The position numbers were made by a program, and so were the translations under genes. From Chlorokybus atmophyticus (lineage: Eukaryota; Plantae; Mesostigma and Chlorokybus algae), in the NCBI GenBank assembly GCA_009103225.1, contig RHPI01003578.1:124001-188000 (forward strand): a stretch of 64,000 bases of DNA. Reading direction: 5' to 3'. The notes beneath the pieces were generated by a model. It searched no databases and had not been told where the DNA came from. It was given only the letters and a program-made list of their open reading frames with translations. This document shows positions 24,285 to 37,658 of the stretch, one piece after another; the stretch's first letter is position 1, and each line of letters begins with the position of its first letter.

Positions 24285-26279
24285 GGCCGTCTACGCCGAC
24301 ACTAGGGCCAGCGCTAACAGCCGTCGCTTGTCAGTGTCGGCGCCACGCTCGTTACGAGTCATAACGTACGGCCGAAGCGCGTAACGCCCACATCACTAGC
24401 GTGATGCACGGTCTATTGCATCAATACAGGCCGCGAGCCATTTCAAGCTCCGGAGCACGCATCTGCAGGGGCGACCTGGGCGCGAATCGCGCGGAGCGAG
24501 AGCAGCGCAGGATCTGCACTCGGGCATCCGCCGCTGCAATGCGCGGATCGTTATCCATAATATAAACGGCCGATCTTGTGGCTACCAGCGGGGTGGAAAA
24601 GTGGACGGGGAAGTTGTCTGAGGTACGTAACGGAGATGTTTTTGGTACGGCAAGACCAGTCGGTGAAGCCGCCTCCCCACGCGTGGGCAAAGCTGACGTC
24701 AGGAAATCCATTGTCTGCCACTTTGTTTGGTCTTCAGGCGCTCTCGGCCACCTTTTCAGTCGGACAGCCGACCGAAATATCGTTTCGCCACGCACACTGC
24801 GTCACAAATGATTGAGCGTTCAAGGTTTACAGGATTCCACCGTGCCATCAGACAAACCCAAGCCGCTATTTGCCCTGATCCATGAATGGATAAATGAAAC
24901 GCGCACGCGGCCCCCCTGGCTGGTACCATGGGGCATGGACCATACATGCCGCATGGTCCATCCGGACAGCGGAGCGGGGCTTAAAAGATCGCTGCCCGAC
25001 CCGTTCATGCACACGACCAACATGACGTATTCTATGAATCACGCAAACTGAACAGCATACCGGCCGACCGTCGGCTCAGTCGGAATTCCACCTTCAAACA
25101 TCAAGCGGATTCAACGGTTGCCGGCTGGCCGGTCGGCCGCCGTCCCCGCCGGTTGGGCAAAAGTTGCGCCCCTTTTTTCCGTTCCGCTCCGTTGCGTGCA
25201 CAACACAGGAGGAATGCCGGTACATGGAAATGTCATTATGCCTCATGAAAAGTGAATTCTCAGACTGGAATAGGGCTGCCGGCCCTGTAGTCTAGGCTTA
25301 CAGGGTACATTCCGCCGTTCTCATTTGCGTTGGGGCAAAGCGTGAGAGAGAGCGCCCAAGCGCGAGAGAGTGGAAAAAGTGGGCACTGGACCCACGAATC
25401 GGGTGTCAGTAAAGCAGGCTTTAACCCCCCGTTTTTGCTTAAGGTTGACATCATCATTATCAGCTGCTGTGGTCGGCGGCGCCGACGCCTACGCCCACGC
25501 CCACGCCGCGGAGGTGTTGCGGGCAGCGGCGGCGGCGGCTTCCCGTCAAGGGACGTTCACGAGAGAGGTTAGGGTTAGGGCGGCTGGCGAGGTCTTGGAG
25601 GCTACGGTGACGGATACAGGGTTGATCTGCTGGGACGGGCCAAACGCCGCCGCCGTCGCCGCCGCCGCCGTGGCTGCCTTCCAGCAGCGGCGGGGAGGGC
25701 ATAGCTGAGTGCGATTAAGGCTCAGGGGCAGCGCTCGCCGTGGACATGGCTTCCCTGGCGAGGGCTGTGGCCAGTGCCACACGGTGACAACAACCACGCC
25801 GCCCGTTGAGAAGCCCCAGCCGCCTCCTCCTCCTCCTCCTTCACTGGCACGGGGGAGCAGTGGCCGCGAGGGCCACGGGCTGCTGGTAAGCACTTGACGT
25901 TGACAGTGACATTGAAACAGGCCATGTTGCTGCTCAATCCGTGCTTGCACGTCAGTTCGTGCATTGGGTTGCGCCTTTGCGTGCATACTGGCCAGCACCT
26001 CTTGAGAGCTGAAGTCTGTCAGTGTAGTCTGCGCAGTGGCTGTTGCCTTGTCGCATCCGCGTATGCACCAGCAGCAAGCTTCCGTTCATACAACCTGTTA
26101 GCTGGGTCTTGCAGTCTTGTCAGGTTCCATGTCCCTGGCTTTCTTGTACAGTGTTTTTGCTCTTTCAGCAACCAGCCATTGACTGCTAGCTGACCTTTGC
26201 CTTCTGTGTTACAGGCGGTGAGTTTTGCTGGTGCACAACAGAAGTGGGCCGAATACTTCGCGGTAACACCTCGTGAAAC

Positions 26280-27884
26280 ATGGTGCCACTGGGTCACTCC
26301 TTGTCCGATGACTCTCTCAGCCCCATCTCATCAGGCTCTGTCGACCACTCTCACCAGCAGAACTCACCGCACTCCGGCAGGTCAGTTGAGCTGTTGCTGT
26401 CAAGCTGTCTGGCGCTACCTCCAGACACTGTGTGCTGGATGCTGATTGTTGGCTCCTCTATTGCACAGCGTTAATGCCGGCGGTGGGCCCATGCGACGGG
26501 TCACAAAGAAGCCATACTTCTGGACAAAAGAGGAGGACGATCTTCTCCGCCATGCCGTGCAGCTGTACAACGGCCGCAACTGGAAGAAGATAGGTGTGTG
26601 GCCTTGCAGTCTGAACAGCTGCCAATTGACATGCCTGTTCTGAGCACTGGCCCTGCTGCTAGTTGCTAATGAGCTTTCGTCTCTTTGACCCGCAGCAAAG
26701 TTCTTTTCGGACCGGAACGACACTCAGTGTCGTCAGCACTGGCACAAAGTCCTGAACCCGGACCTCATCAAGGGCAACTGGACCAAAGATGAGGATGACA
26801 TCATCGTCACCATGGTTAAAAAAGTTGGCACGAAGAAGTGGTCGCTGATAGCGGAGCAACTTGTGGGCCGGACGGACATGCAGTGCAGGCAGCGGTGGCT
26901 CAATAAGCTCAACCCTGAGATCCGCCGCGAGGTCTGGACTGAGGAGGAGAATGACATCCTCGCCAAGGCACACGCCAAGTTTGGCAACAAGTGGGTTGAG
27001 ATCGCAAAGTTCCTGCCCGGAAGGTAACAATGCTGTTGCTGGCAACTGCGTGTCTGAAGCCTTTGCTGGCAACTTTGTGCTGTTGGCTGACCTGTGAGTG
27101 CGCATGTTGCAGGACAAGCAAGTCCATCATGGAGCACTGGACCAGCATGGAGGCCAGGAAGCGTGACACAATGCGTGAGCTGGAGAAGCTTGATGCCATC
27201 CTTGGTCGCAAGAAGCCCGGCTCCGCCAATGGTGCCACGAGTGTCTCAGACTTCAGCCAGCACCAGCTGCAGGACCCCTCGAACATGAGGTTTACGGAAG
27301 TCATGCGTCAGACTCTGCTTGAGCAACAGCAACAACAACAACAGCAGCAACAGCAGCAGCAGCAGCTACAGCAACAACAGCTGCAGCTGCCTCAGCTGCA
27401 GCTGTCCGCTCAGCAGCAACAGCAGCTGCCAGCGCTGTTTCAGCCAACCAATGCTGTGAGTTTCAACCATCTGCACATCCCGCAGCCACAACACCAGCAG
27501 CAGCAGCAGCAGCAACAGCAGCTGCAGCTTTTGCCCAGCACTCCGCCTCCTCCACGCCATTCTTCACCTGTTGGTGCCAACATGCTGTTCATGATGGCGG
27601 CGCACCCCCAGGTGGACACGGCGCCGCCCCCGACTCCGCCTCAGCACCATTTTAGCAGCGGCCCTGCTGCACAGCAGTGGCCGTACACGACGACGTTGCC
27701 CATGTCGGTGGTTGCCCCCTCGCAGTGGACCATGCCGAGCTGCAACATGCAGAGCGCAAACCCACTTGTCGGCTCGTGGCCGCCCAGTTACAGCAACGGG
27801 TCTCTTGCCGCCCACATCTTGCGGCCGACTCCGCGACCCATGGCCATGCACAGGCCGGGTGGGATGGACGTTGGGGGGCTCTGA
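26280..27884 (+). CDS. MYB3R: Three-repeat MYB (R1R2R3) protein with poly-Gln C-terminus, 4 coding exons (26280-26380, 26469-26593, 26696-27023, 27113-27884)
   Basis: Three Trp-spaced MYB repeats: WTKEEDDLL...NWKKIA...QHW; WTKDEDDII...KWSLIA...QRW; WTEEENDIL...NKWVEIAKFLPGR...EHW. The linkers KVLNPDLIKG and KLNPEIRRE are typical of 3R-MYBs. Confidence 0.9.
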
Positions 27885-29135
27885 TTGGCACCAACTACAC
27901 ACCTGAGGAATGTTGTTGAGAGATACACGCACACGTGAGGCAGAGACAGCACCACTACAAGTTACTTAGGAAGCTGAGACCAAGTACAGGAGCCAGGACG
28001 GCAGCAAAGTTGGAGTTAAGCTATATATATCTAGGTTTTTGAACAGTCGCACCGTACATACGCACTTCCACACCGCACAGGTGTGAGAGCGCTCTCCACG
28101 TAGGAGGTAGAGTAGGGCCAGAGGGCCACTTAGGAAAGGAGAGTGGAGGCGTTCGCGGGAGAGTAGTGTGCATTTTTCCAATTCTTGGACTGTGCATAGC
28201 AGAACGCTGTGCAGGAGTCTGCCAGCCTTCTCTACAGTGTAGACTAGGAAGACAGGGACTACAGTGCTGCCAATGCACACATTGAATACAGTTACCCAGC
28301 GGTTGATGCCTACAAGGTTCCCTGCCTGTTGGTGTGAGTGATTTGTGTGCTGCTTGTGTTGGCAACAGTGGCTCCATGCTGCGCCCATGAATGGAGATGC
28401 AAGCCGACGCCTGCCAACCCAGTTATGGTAATCCAGATTGCAAGTGTGGGACCCGGTGCTCATTGCAGAAGCACTTGTACATGCACATGTACAATGTGCG
28501 CTTGTAGTCTGGAGACCTGTGCTACTTTGTAATGACCACAGCTGGCGCACTTCGGCATCTGCTATTGCAGCCCGTCATCTGTGTCTTGCTGTGTGGGTTG
28601 GCTGTATGTGTGCCTCCTGTGACAACTCTGCCGTGGCATGTACTGGACACAAGAACTTGTACACATGCATCACTTGCAGTTTTGTACACACTGCTGTGCA
28701 TACATGCATGCACACATGGACAAACGTTTTTTGTTCTGCTTGCAGTTGCAGCAACGCTTGCGTTGAGGCTCGGCATAAGCAGAGACTCAGCACACGATTT
28801 CCAACCGCAGCGCTCACAAAACCACTACCCTGTACAGTCTGCATGCAGGATTGGCTAGTGTATTCTCAGAGCTTGTGCTTTCTGTTTGTCGCCAGCAACA
28901 ACTTTGATTCCCAAAATCCTTCCTCGACAAGAGTTTTGACTGCTGCCACGCATTGCTGTGGTGAGTCCTGGTAATCACTGTTGGATACATTGAACAAGTT
29001 GACAGCACTGCAATCTCACCATGGCCTGTGATGCTACACCACCTGCAGGTTTTCTGCGGCTTGCATTGCTCACACATTGCCTGTCGCCTAACATATTTTC
29101 ACCAGTGTCTTCAAAACCTTAAGTTAATGGTGTCT

Positions 29136-32100
29136 TCATCCCGCAGACGGCTCTTCCACTTCAGTCGCACGCGCAGCGTCCTCGTAGTCGACCCATGGCA
29201 GCAGGCTGCTCAGAAAGACCCGCAGCGGGTGGCCCTCATCCAGATCCTGTGTTGTGTTGTGTTGTGTACATGTGTGCGCACGGACAGTTTGTGCCAACAA
29301 ACACACAACCACAGGATGGTCCATGGAAGCGAATGTGTGGTAGTGTACCTTTGCAAGGCTCACTCTGCGCCTTGCTTTGTTGGCTGCGTCCATGACAGAA
29401 TGGCGCCACTGCCGCGCACGCTCACGCAGTTCCCAGGGCACAGCCTTCATGTACGACTCTATACACGGCAATGCATACACGAGCGTGGCCTCGCCACCAA
29501 AGTCCGCCACCTGTACGTGCTCGTACCTGCATGGATACAAGTGTAAACGACTGTAACGCGAGTTCAGCAAAAGTGTACCAAACACTTGGCTCGGTTCGGC
29601 TAGTCATCTTACTCATTGTGTGCGGAGTGTGGGAAAGCTGCGTTGCGTATGAGAGCCCACTCTTGCGCGCTCACGCCGTCGACACGCGCATCATCTGCGC
29701 AAGCACGCGTGGCGCAGCGCCTGAGCCATGCCTGATGGCGTGAGTCTTGCCACCACTTGTGATGCCGTTCTGTTCAGCAGGAGGAGAGTCTTTCCATATT
29801 TTGCTGACCAAGTAGGAGCAGGGTCAGTCATACTTGCCTGCGTATATGTCGGCCAAGTGGTCTGCTGTGGCACTTTGGGCGGAAGGTTTAAACAACTGCG
29901 ACTGCGACACTCGAACCCATGTGCTGTCCAGCTTGATGCTTGCCTACAGGGGGCACACATTGAACACCAATGATGACACAACTAGAGCACGTGTTAGTCA
30001 TGCACACAGATAGCCGCATAAGCACATGCATGCACACGCCCTCACACACGCGCATGCGCTTACGCTTACCTTGTGCAGCAGTTTGAGCAGGACATAAGGG
30101 TGAAGCCAGAGTGCTTGAACAAGGAGGTCATCAGCCGTAAGCGTGCCATCACCACCACTGTCCAACATGAGAGCGCGTGACTCGTGCACATATGCCGCAG
30201 CGGCAATGGAGAACGAATAGCTCGGGAAGAGGCCAAGGCACATCTCCCTCTTCTGCTCCATGACACGCTGAGTATGAAACAAACAACAGGTGAGCTGAAT
30301 TCTGTGAGCAAGAACGACCAACAACTATGCATATGACAAGAGCATGCCTTTAACAAGTCCCCACGCCCACACGCAAGGGCAACGTGGTCGAGCATGAAGC
30401 GTGCACCGATGGGGTCGCCCGCAGGGTCCAGAGCAAGCAGCAGCTTCACAACCTCCAATGCACGGTTGTTGTTGGCGGCGGCACCACTTTGTCTACATAA
30501 CAGTTGCGCGTGGCGGAAGAGCGCGACAAACAGCGGCTGGTTTTCTTCAACCTCAAACCGCATCCTACAGATAACAGCGACTGTGTGCATGCGAATGAGT
30601 ACGCATGTGCATGCGCATGCCAACTCAAAGAGGAGTTTTACTCTCACCGGCACTGTGCGGATGCGGGATCAAACCATGGGTGCCATGCGCACTCCAGGGA
30701 GTACACCGCGCGTTCCACAAGCTCACTGGCCTGTTGCAACTCGCCCGCCATTCGATATATCTGTATGAACAAGTTCAGCACAACACGGATGAAGCAGCCC
30801 TATGCCCATGTTAACAACATGCGCACACACGCACAAACGCAAACACACGCACTTGCGCCTCCGCACACACAGCAGACCTCTGCAAGTGCGAGCAGGCAGT
30901 CAACGTGATACGGCTCGCGGACAAGCAGCTTGCCGAGTTCACGAGCGACGTGCATCCCATCGTTGTTGTCCATGCAGTCATGGTACTTGGCCTGAACCAG
31001 TTTATACGCAGACGAGTACACATACTGAAAGGTCCCGTCTGCTCTAAACTCCATTGAGACGCCCGCGTCCCACCGCGGCCATGTCTCACGTGGCTTGACC
31101 AGCAGGCCCTTCTTCACCACGCGCGTGCCTGACCTGTGCGTGTTGTTGTTGTTGTTGTGACCGCGCCGCGACAACAACAACCCGCGCGGCCGTGAAGAAG
31201 AAGAGGTGGATGATGCTGTTTGCACGCGCAGAAGATAGTGCGTATCGATTGCGAAGGCGTCTCCAACATCATCGACAGCGTGCGAGTTGTTGCCTCTGTT
31301 TGTGGAAGAAGCTGAAGAAGAGGCTGGTTCACCCCGGTTGGGAAAAGGTAGTTCAATGGCTTCATTCTGCTGCGTGTCGAGGGCAGCCAGCAGCTCCTCT
31401 ACCTCACGCTCTTCCTGTCAGTGATCCTATGATTATTCTTTCCTACACAATTACATCAAACAACACAGTTTCTGCAAGGAGATCACATTAGTATTATGTC
31501 TTGCCTGCGGAATTGCGTTTGTCAGCTTCTTCTGTTTGCTGTTTCTGCTGCTGTTGCTCTGTTGCTTGTTGCGTTGTTGTTGTGTGCGTCCTGACGTGGA
31601 TGGGCCCTATGTATGAAGGGTACAGCTGTGAGGCAACAGCCAGAGTAACACTGGTAATGCCCCCCTAATGCCACGAGAGCGCAACATGCGCTGAAATGCG
31701 CTTCCTACACACTTTACACAAGCAGGCAGGCAGTTGCAAGTAAGCTGGCGTAAACACACAATGTAGTCCTGTTGCATGTTGGACACAACTCTGCAGGTGC
31801 TTGCATGACAAGACGATGGGGACAACAACAAGCCGTCATCATGGTTGTTGTGTGTCGTTAATGTTGCTGTTGTCAGCTCGACTGTATTAAACAATCACAC
31901 GAGTGAAACATGCCAAACAAATAGCAATATGACAAATGCTTTTCAATAAAACACACCACACAAAGAGCAATAACCCAAATTGCACGCACAAGGTGTCTTC
32001 ACCCTCAAGCAACTTTCACACCTGCTCAGCTGCGCCATCAATGTCCTCGTCCTCGCCCTCATCCTCGCCATCCTCATCCTCCTCTCCGCCCTCTCCGCCC

Positions 32101-32145
32101 AGCAGCTGGAACGACGGTGCCGAAGCCTGGGTGCCACCGTCCTCC

Positions 32146-32179
<34 letters not shown>

Positions 32180-32279
32180 GGTCGTCGTGGGCATGGTCAC
32201 GGGCAAGCTGCTGCTGCTGCTGCTGCTGCTGCTGGAGCTGCTGCGCCTGCTGCACGCGCCGCAGCATGCGGAACGCCAT
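29136..32279 (-). CDS. TCF25: TCF25/Rqc1 (Nulp1) ribosome quality control factor, multi-exon
   Basis: N-terminal MAFRMLRRVQ plus an acidic tract; KPRETWPRWD, EPYHVDCLLALAE, VERAVYSLECAWHP, PLFVALFRH, ALEVVKLLLALDPAGDPIG, PSYSFSIA, IYAERHHKWW, YEHVQVADF and RVFLSSLLPW. Confidence 0.92.
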
Positions 32280-32909
32280 GCTGTCAGGGGACAACGAGGA
32301 GGACGTGCACAAGGAGGAGACCACGGACGGAGAGACGGCACAATGCTACCGCCTGCCGTTGCCGCCACCTGCCATCAACTATCCCATACGCTCTGTGCAG
32401 TAGTGTTTTACTCAGCGATGTGGACGGCACTCTCGCTCTCGGTCTACTGCTTCTGCACAGGCAGGCTTGAAGCGAGCAACTAATGCAGCAACATCGAATT
32501 GAGTTGACTTACAACACATCAAACATACTGCAGCAGACACTGATTTGTTGCCACAGTGATGATGGGAAAGGCTATCCGGGCTACATCATGGTTGCCCATG
32601 TGTGGGTAAGGTTGCAGCAGTGTGCATGGGCTGACACCGATGTGCAAGCGCCGAAGCTGCTTTTCTTGCTGGCATGGAACATTGGAGTGCTGCGCACGCA
32701 TCCCATTGGCAGTCTCACGCGGTGGCGAGTGCGTGCTCATGCGTGCCCATAGCATCATCAATCACAACAAAACCTGCAGAAGCAAGCACACTCAAACCCT
32801 TTCTATACACTTCGGACACTCTCACAAGCCGCACACAACTGGCAAAACTGTCCACGTAGCACACTACAAGCCCTACAAACACTACATAAAGCTCTTTCTT
32901 TGCCCCACA

Positions 32910-35191
32910 CTACGCTTCTTCAGCAGCATTAGACCTTCTCACTTTGACCTTTGTCCCACCCTCATCATCACCCTCATCGGACAACAACTCTTTGATCTCC
33001 GAGCTGATCACCGCCCGCAGCGCGAGTATCATCTTTTCTTTGGAGCGCAACTCGTCCTCCAGTCGCGCGCACCTCGTCACGAGCTCCACGTCATGAACAT
33101 GGTTGTTGTTGTTGTGGTGGTTGTTGCTGTTGTCATCAGTTGTTCTATGCATCTCTGCTTCAAGACGGCGCTTCATCGCCCTCGCCTCGCGCTGCCAGTA
33201 CTCGATTTCTGTGCAAAGTGGTGAACGAGAAGCATCAGCAAGCTTTGCGGTACTGGCAGTGTGTGTGCGTGCAAGTGCATGGTGTTCTGGTGTATGCATG
33301 TCTTGCCTGCGGCATTGCAGTCGCACTGTGATTCCAGCGTGCGGATGCTATCTTCGAGCCCAGTCAGCCGCTGAATCTCTTCCCTCGCCTGCTCCAGCTC
33401 ACCTCGCAGGGACGTGGCCGTCACCGCAAGCTGGGCCTCGCGATCCCGCGCGTCCATCATCTGGGAGAGACACGCACACATGATACCATGATCTTAAAAC
33501 CCAACAACAGAGACACGCGTGGAGGCGAGCGACATCAGACATAGCATATGCTCGCTTGCAGTACGATGTACCGCCATTGCATATGCACACATCACAAGCA
33601 CGGCCAAACGATATGGTGATTCATAACGTTATACTGCAGCACTTGACTTCATGAGCTACTAGATACTTGATGGTTGATGAGATCCCACACACACCATACG
33701 ACAACACATTGGAGATGTATCAAGCCCGATGCACCTGCGAGACTCACACAGCCTCTCACCTCCTGTTCGAGCATCTCGTTCACCCGTTTCAGCTCCTCCA
33801 CCTTCACCTCCACCTTCACCCCACCACCATGACCCCTCCTCCCCTGTCCCTGCTGCTGCTGTTGTTGTTGTTCTGTCAACGCCGCGACCTTGGCCGCGAA
33901 CAACCTCTCCCGCGCCGCGAGGGACGCGTCGCGCGCGGCGAGTAGAGTTTCAGACTCGGCCAGCGCGAGAGCGTGGGCGGAGGAAGAGGTCGCCTCGGCC
34001 TCAGCCTCGGCGCAACGACTGGACCAGTGGGCCACCTGTGGTATGGATGATGGTGACGATGATGATGATGATGATGATGGTGATTGCCGTGCGTGTATCC
34101 CGACGGTCGTGACCTGTGCTGTTCATGCTGCTGGTTACGTCATCATGTGTGTTGTATGTATACACACGTATCGACAACGGTGACAGTGACGATGAAGGCT
34201 ACGTAGGTGCATACGATACGTGCAGTGATAACACGCACATGCGTCCGTATTGATATGGTCGCAATCATGCACGTGGTCGTGCGAACGCCCGTCCATGTGC
34301 GTGCGTGAGCGTGTGCGTGCACATGTGTTTGTGTGTGCGCACGCGCATGTATGCATGTACTAGATACACGACGAGCATCACGCGATCTCACCTCAGCTTC
34401 CAGCGACTCGATCCTCTCTCTCGCCGCATTATTCTCCTCTCTATCCTGCATCCCTCTCTCTCCTTCTTGGTGTAGCTGCGCTTGTTGTTGTTGATGTTGT
34501 CGCTGGTGCTGTCGTTGCAACTTGTGCTGGCGCCGCTTCTCTCGTCGATGCGTCAGGAGCTCGTAGGCGAGGTAGGTTGCGGAGGCGACGGCGACGGCGA
34601 GAGGGAGGTAGAAGGAGAAGGCGCGGGAGAGAGAGGGAGGAGGGGTTGAGGGTGGGGGTGCGGCCGCCACAATACACACCTGGGAATGCACTTGGGTTTG
34701 CAATGATAGCATCATTCTCTAGCTCTTCTATAACTGCTTTGAAACATGCCAGTCTGGTTGTGGTTCTCGTGCATGTGTGTGCGCGCATGTGCGCGTGCGT
34801 GTGCACTTGTGCATAAAAACGGTTGTCTTGCACACATGCATGCACATGTGAGCGCTTATGCTTGCATAGATGTGCGCTCACACACAAGCGCAAACACATG
34901 CACACATACATGCGTGCACACCTGATTGTTCCGCAGCTGTGGTTCAGACTGAGTGCCAGTTGTGGTTGACACGCACGCCACCGCGCGCAAGGCGGTTGCA
35001 TTCTTCCTCTTCCTCCTCTTCTCCTGATGCTTGTTGTGGCTCACTTTCTGGTTGATGTGCTTTGTAGTCAAGCCGCCAGCGCCGTGGACGTCTTTACCAT
35101 TTCTGAGCGGAGACAAGGAGAAGGAGGAGGGCAGAGACGTGCTGGCAGACGATGGCGGCGCCCACCCCACGGTGGACACTGCCGTCGCCAT
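32910..35191 (-). CDS. Uncharacterised protein: Ser-rich N-terminus, one TM helix, long coiled coil, about 5 exons
   Basis: Exons with clean splice sites encode AFSFYLPLAVAVASATYLAYELL (TM) and heptad-rich E/Q/R/A segments (RERIESLEAE, VEELKRVNEMLEQE, ELEQAREEIQRL, RLEDELRSKEKMILALR). No family recognised. Confidence 0.65.
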
Positions 35192-35766
35192 CACCTCCTA
35201 CACAGCGCACCTCAGGCTATCAACCCAACAATCCAACAATCATGCAGTCCAACAATGAAGTCATGCGTGCATGCAGTGTGAAGCCAACCACTCGCTTACT
35301 TGCCAGTGTCAAAGGCGGCGGCGGCAGTGGCTGTACGGCAGCAATACTTCACTCACACGGCCCTATCAGTGACCGACACTCTCAACGACATGTCCGCCGA
35401 TGCCGCTGATGTCTTGCATGTGTTTCCGTGCGGACTTTTTGCCGCTGCTGGGTGCCTATCTTGGTGGTGGATGAGACAGCCTCTTTTTTTTCTTCTTTTT
35501 GCGCTTTGATCAACCAGCCAGCTGGCAGCTCTATCCAAATGATTGGGATAGAGGCTCCATCATAGAGCTGACTTCAGCACGAACGGAATATGTCGATGAG
35601 GCCGTTTTCATGAAGACCAACCATTGAATCCCATACGCAGCCAACGTGTTGAGTCCTGGCTCTAATTGGGATTCGAGTACACTTGTGAAGCCCAAAAAAA
35701 CGTCGCCAGGTCTCCGTTCTAACGGCTTAACCAGTTTGAATTTGTGGGCCAATAGTTGGGTCAGTA

Positions 35767-35930
35767 GCGGCGGCGGCGGCGGCGGCGGTAGGGTCATGAC
35801 CGTGGTGGTGCGTCAGGACGGGTCAGCGGCGCCGCTACAGGTGTCGTTGCCCTCGGCGGAAGGGCCTACGGTCGGGACCCTTGAAGGAGCGGATTCGGGA
35901 CCTGACTGGGTGGGATGTGCGCAAGGTGAA
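35767..35930 (+). pseudogene. Degenerate copy of exon 1 (ubiquitin-like domain) of the downstream UBL-LRR gene
   Basis: Aligns with 37663-37834 (GGCGGCGCCGCT...ACGGTCGGGACCCT...AAGGAGCGGAT...CTGACTGGG...GTGCGCAA) but carries a +1 frameshift (GACCCTTGAAGG) and a deletion before the donor. Confidence 0.8.
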
Positions 35931-36899
35931 TTTCGTGCACGAAGGTGAGTTGCTTACTTAGCACTACTGCTGCAAACACCAGTCACATCAGGTCAGAGCA
36001 TAAGCATGCAGCATGTTTGTAATGCTCACATGAAGCGTTCAGCATCATCAGCCGCGCATGCCACAATGTGCTTCATGTTTGGCCACTTGCATTTGTCAAA
36101 ATCGAGATAAACTGCAACTTGCATGTTTGGCCTCCCCCTCATGTAACTGGTACGCCATTACATGCCGGCTGATACCAGCTGACCTTTTGTATGCATCACT
36201 GCGTACACTTTTTCAAGTGCACACCACAAGCGTGTTGTCAAGCTTGTTTTTGTACTGACAGTTGAACAACCAAACGGTTGGATACCAAGCGACCAAAGAC
36301 GTTAGTACACATGAAATAGCATCCACAAGGACGCATTGCACAATTGAGTCGGTCATATCAGCATGTGTGATTACTGAAGGGAGTCCACGCAATGACAAAA
36401 ACACACACAGACCTATACAAACAGGAAGGCTGAAGTTGCACTGCGCAATGCCAGCACGTTTTGTTTGGGGGCTCTCAGGTGCTGCTTGTCTCATAACGTT
36501 TACAAGTTCAATCAGCAATGTTGTTTTCAGGTAAAGTACTTAGCAATGACGGTGACAACCTCGCACGTGCTGTTGGATCAGACGCTGCCTCAGCACAATG
36601 ACTCAATCAATGGTCGAAGTGTGGTGCTGATCTATGTGGGGGTGTTCTTGACATATGTCTTGTGGATATTTCTAGGAGTGATGTATTTGTTGATGAGGAG
36701 GAACTTGTTGCGTGATTGTATATAATTCTCATCTGTGCTGTGCATGCCTTTATTGACATCAGCATGGGTGTGACATACACCATCCATCTCAACTCGAGTT
36801 GACAGCAATGACGGATGCTATTCAACACCACTACTCTCACCTACAATACCTGTTGTTATCATGTGTGCAGCAACAACGTGCACTACGGCGTAGATGCAA

Positions 36900-37390
36900 A
36901 CACCATTGCCCTATGCATATGTGTGCGCATGCGCATGTGCTGATGTATGTGCACATCGACCCCATCAAACCATCTCACCTCAGCTTCCACAGATTGATCC
37001 TCTCTCTCAGCGCAGCGTAATCAGCTCTGTCGTGAGCCACTCTCTCTCCTGTCCTTGTTCTTGTTGCATTTGCAGTTGTTGTCGTTGCAGTCGTGCCCAT
37101 CTGTGCATGTACGCAATATGCATGCGCGCACATACGTGCGTGCACCAGCGCGCAACTTCGTGCTTACATGCACGTGCTACAGTTCACATGCACTGGCGTG
37201 CTTGAATCCAGTCCTTCTGGCGAGAATGGATGATAGCGCGCTTGTTGAACAAACACGACTGAACGCACAGCTGTGTGTTGTGGCGGCAGCAACAGCAACA
37301 GCAAAGCCCCTTTCCGGTTGGCTTCGTAGCCTTTTACTCTACTTGCCGCTTACCGTTGCGGTTGCTTCAGCAGTTTACCTCGGCTCCCGT
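36900..37390. pseudogene. Two degenerate fragments of the TM-coiled-coil gene exon, one direct (about 36900-37095) and one inverted (about 37220-37390)
   Basis: 36972 ATCTCACCTCAGCTTCCA...GATCCTCTCTCTC matches 34386 onward in the same orientation. The + strand at 37270-37385 reads LCVVAAA...LLLYLPLTVAVASAVYL, matching VCIVAAA...SFYLPLAVAVASATYL on the - strand at about 34570-34680. Confidence 0.75.
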
Positions 37391-37658
37391 TTGCAAACAT
37401 GCACACATACACACACATGACGTTACTCGTGTTCAACCCACACACGCTCACGCAATTGTACTCGGGGTCTTATGCAGCGCCCAGTCCCCTCGCTATCACG
37501 CACCACACCCATAAGCTAGCGTGGCGCCTCACGCACACACAGCGTCACACACGCACTGTCCTATGATGGCAGCGCCAGCACCCCCACCCGCCTGGCAACC
37601 TTACTACTCCGACCAAGAACAACCAACCCCATGTCTCAGCCCACCTGTTGCTGTCGGC

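Noticed and set aside
24540-25250. Intergenic stretch with short hairpins, possible non-autonomous transposon
   Set aside because: No terminal repeats or target-site duplication could be found.
25706-25708. In-frame TGA as possible selenocysteine or readthrough codon
   Set aside because: No ATG in the upstream frame, no selenoprotein-like context and no SECIS recognised.
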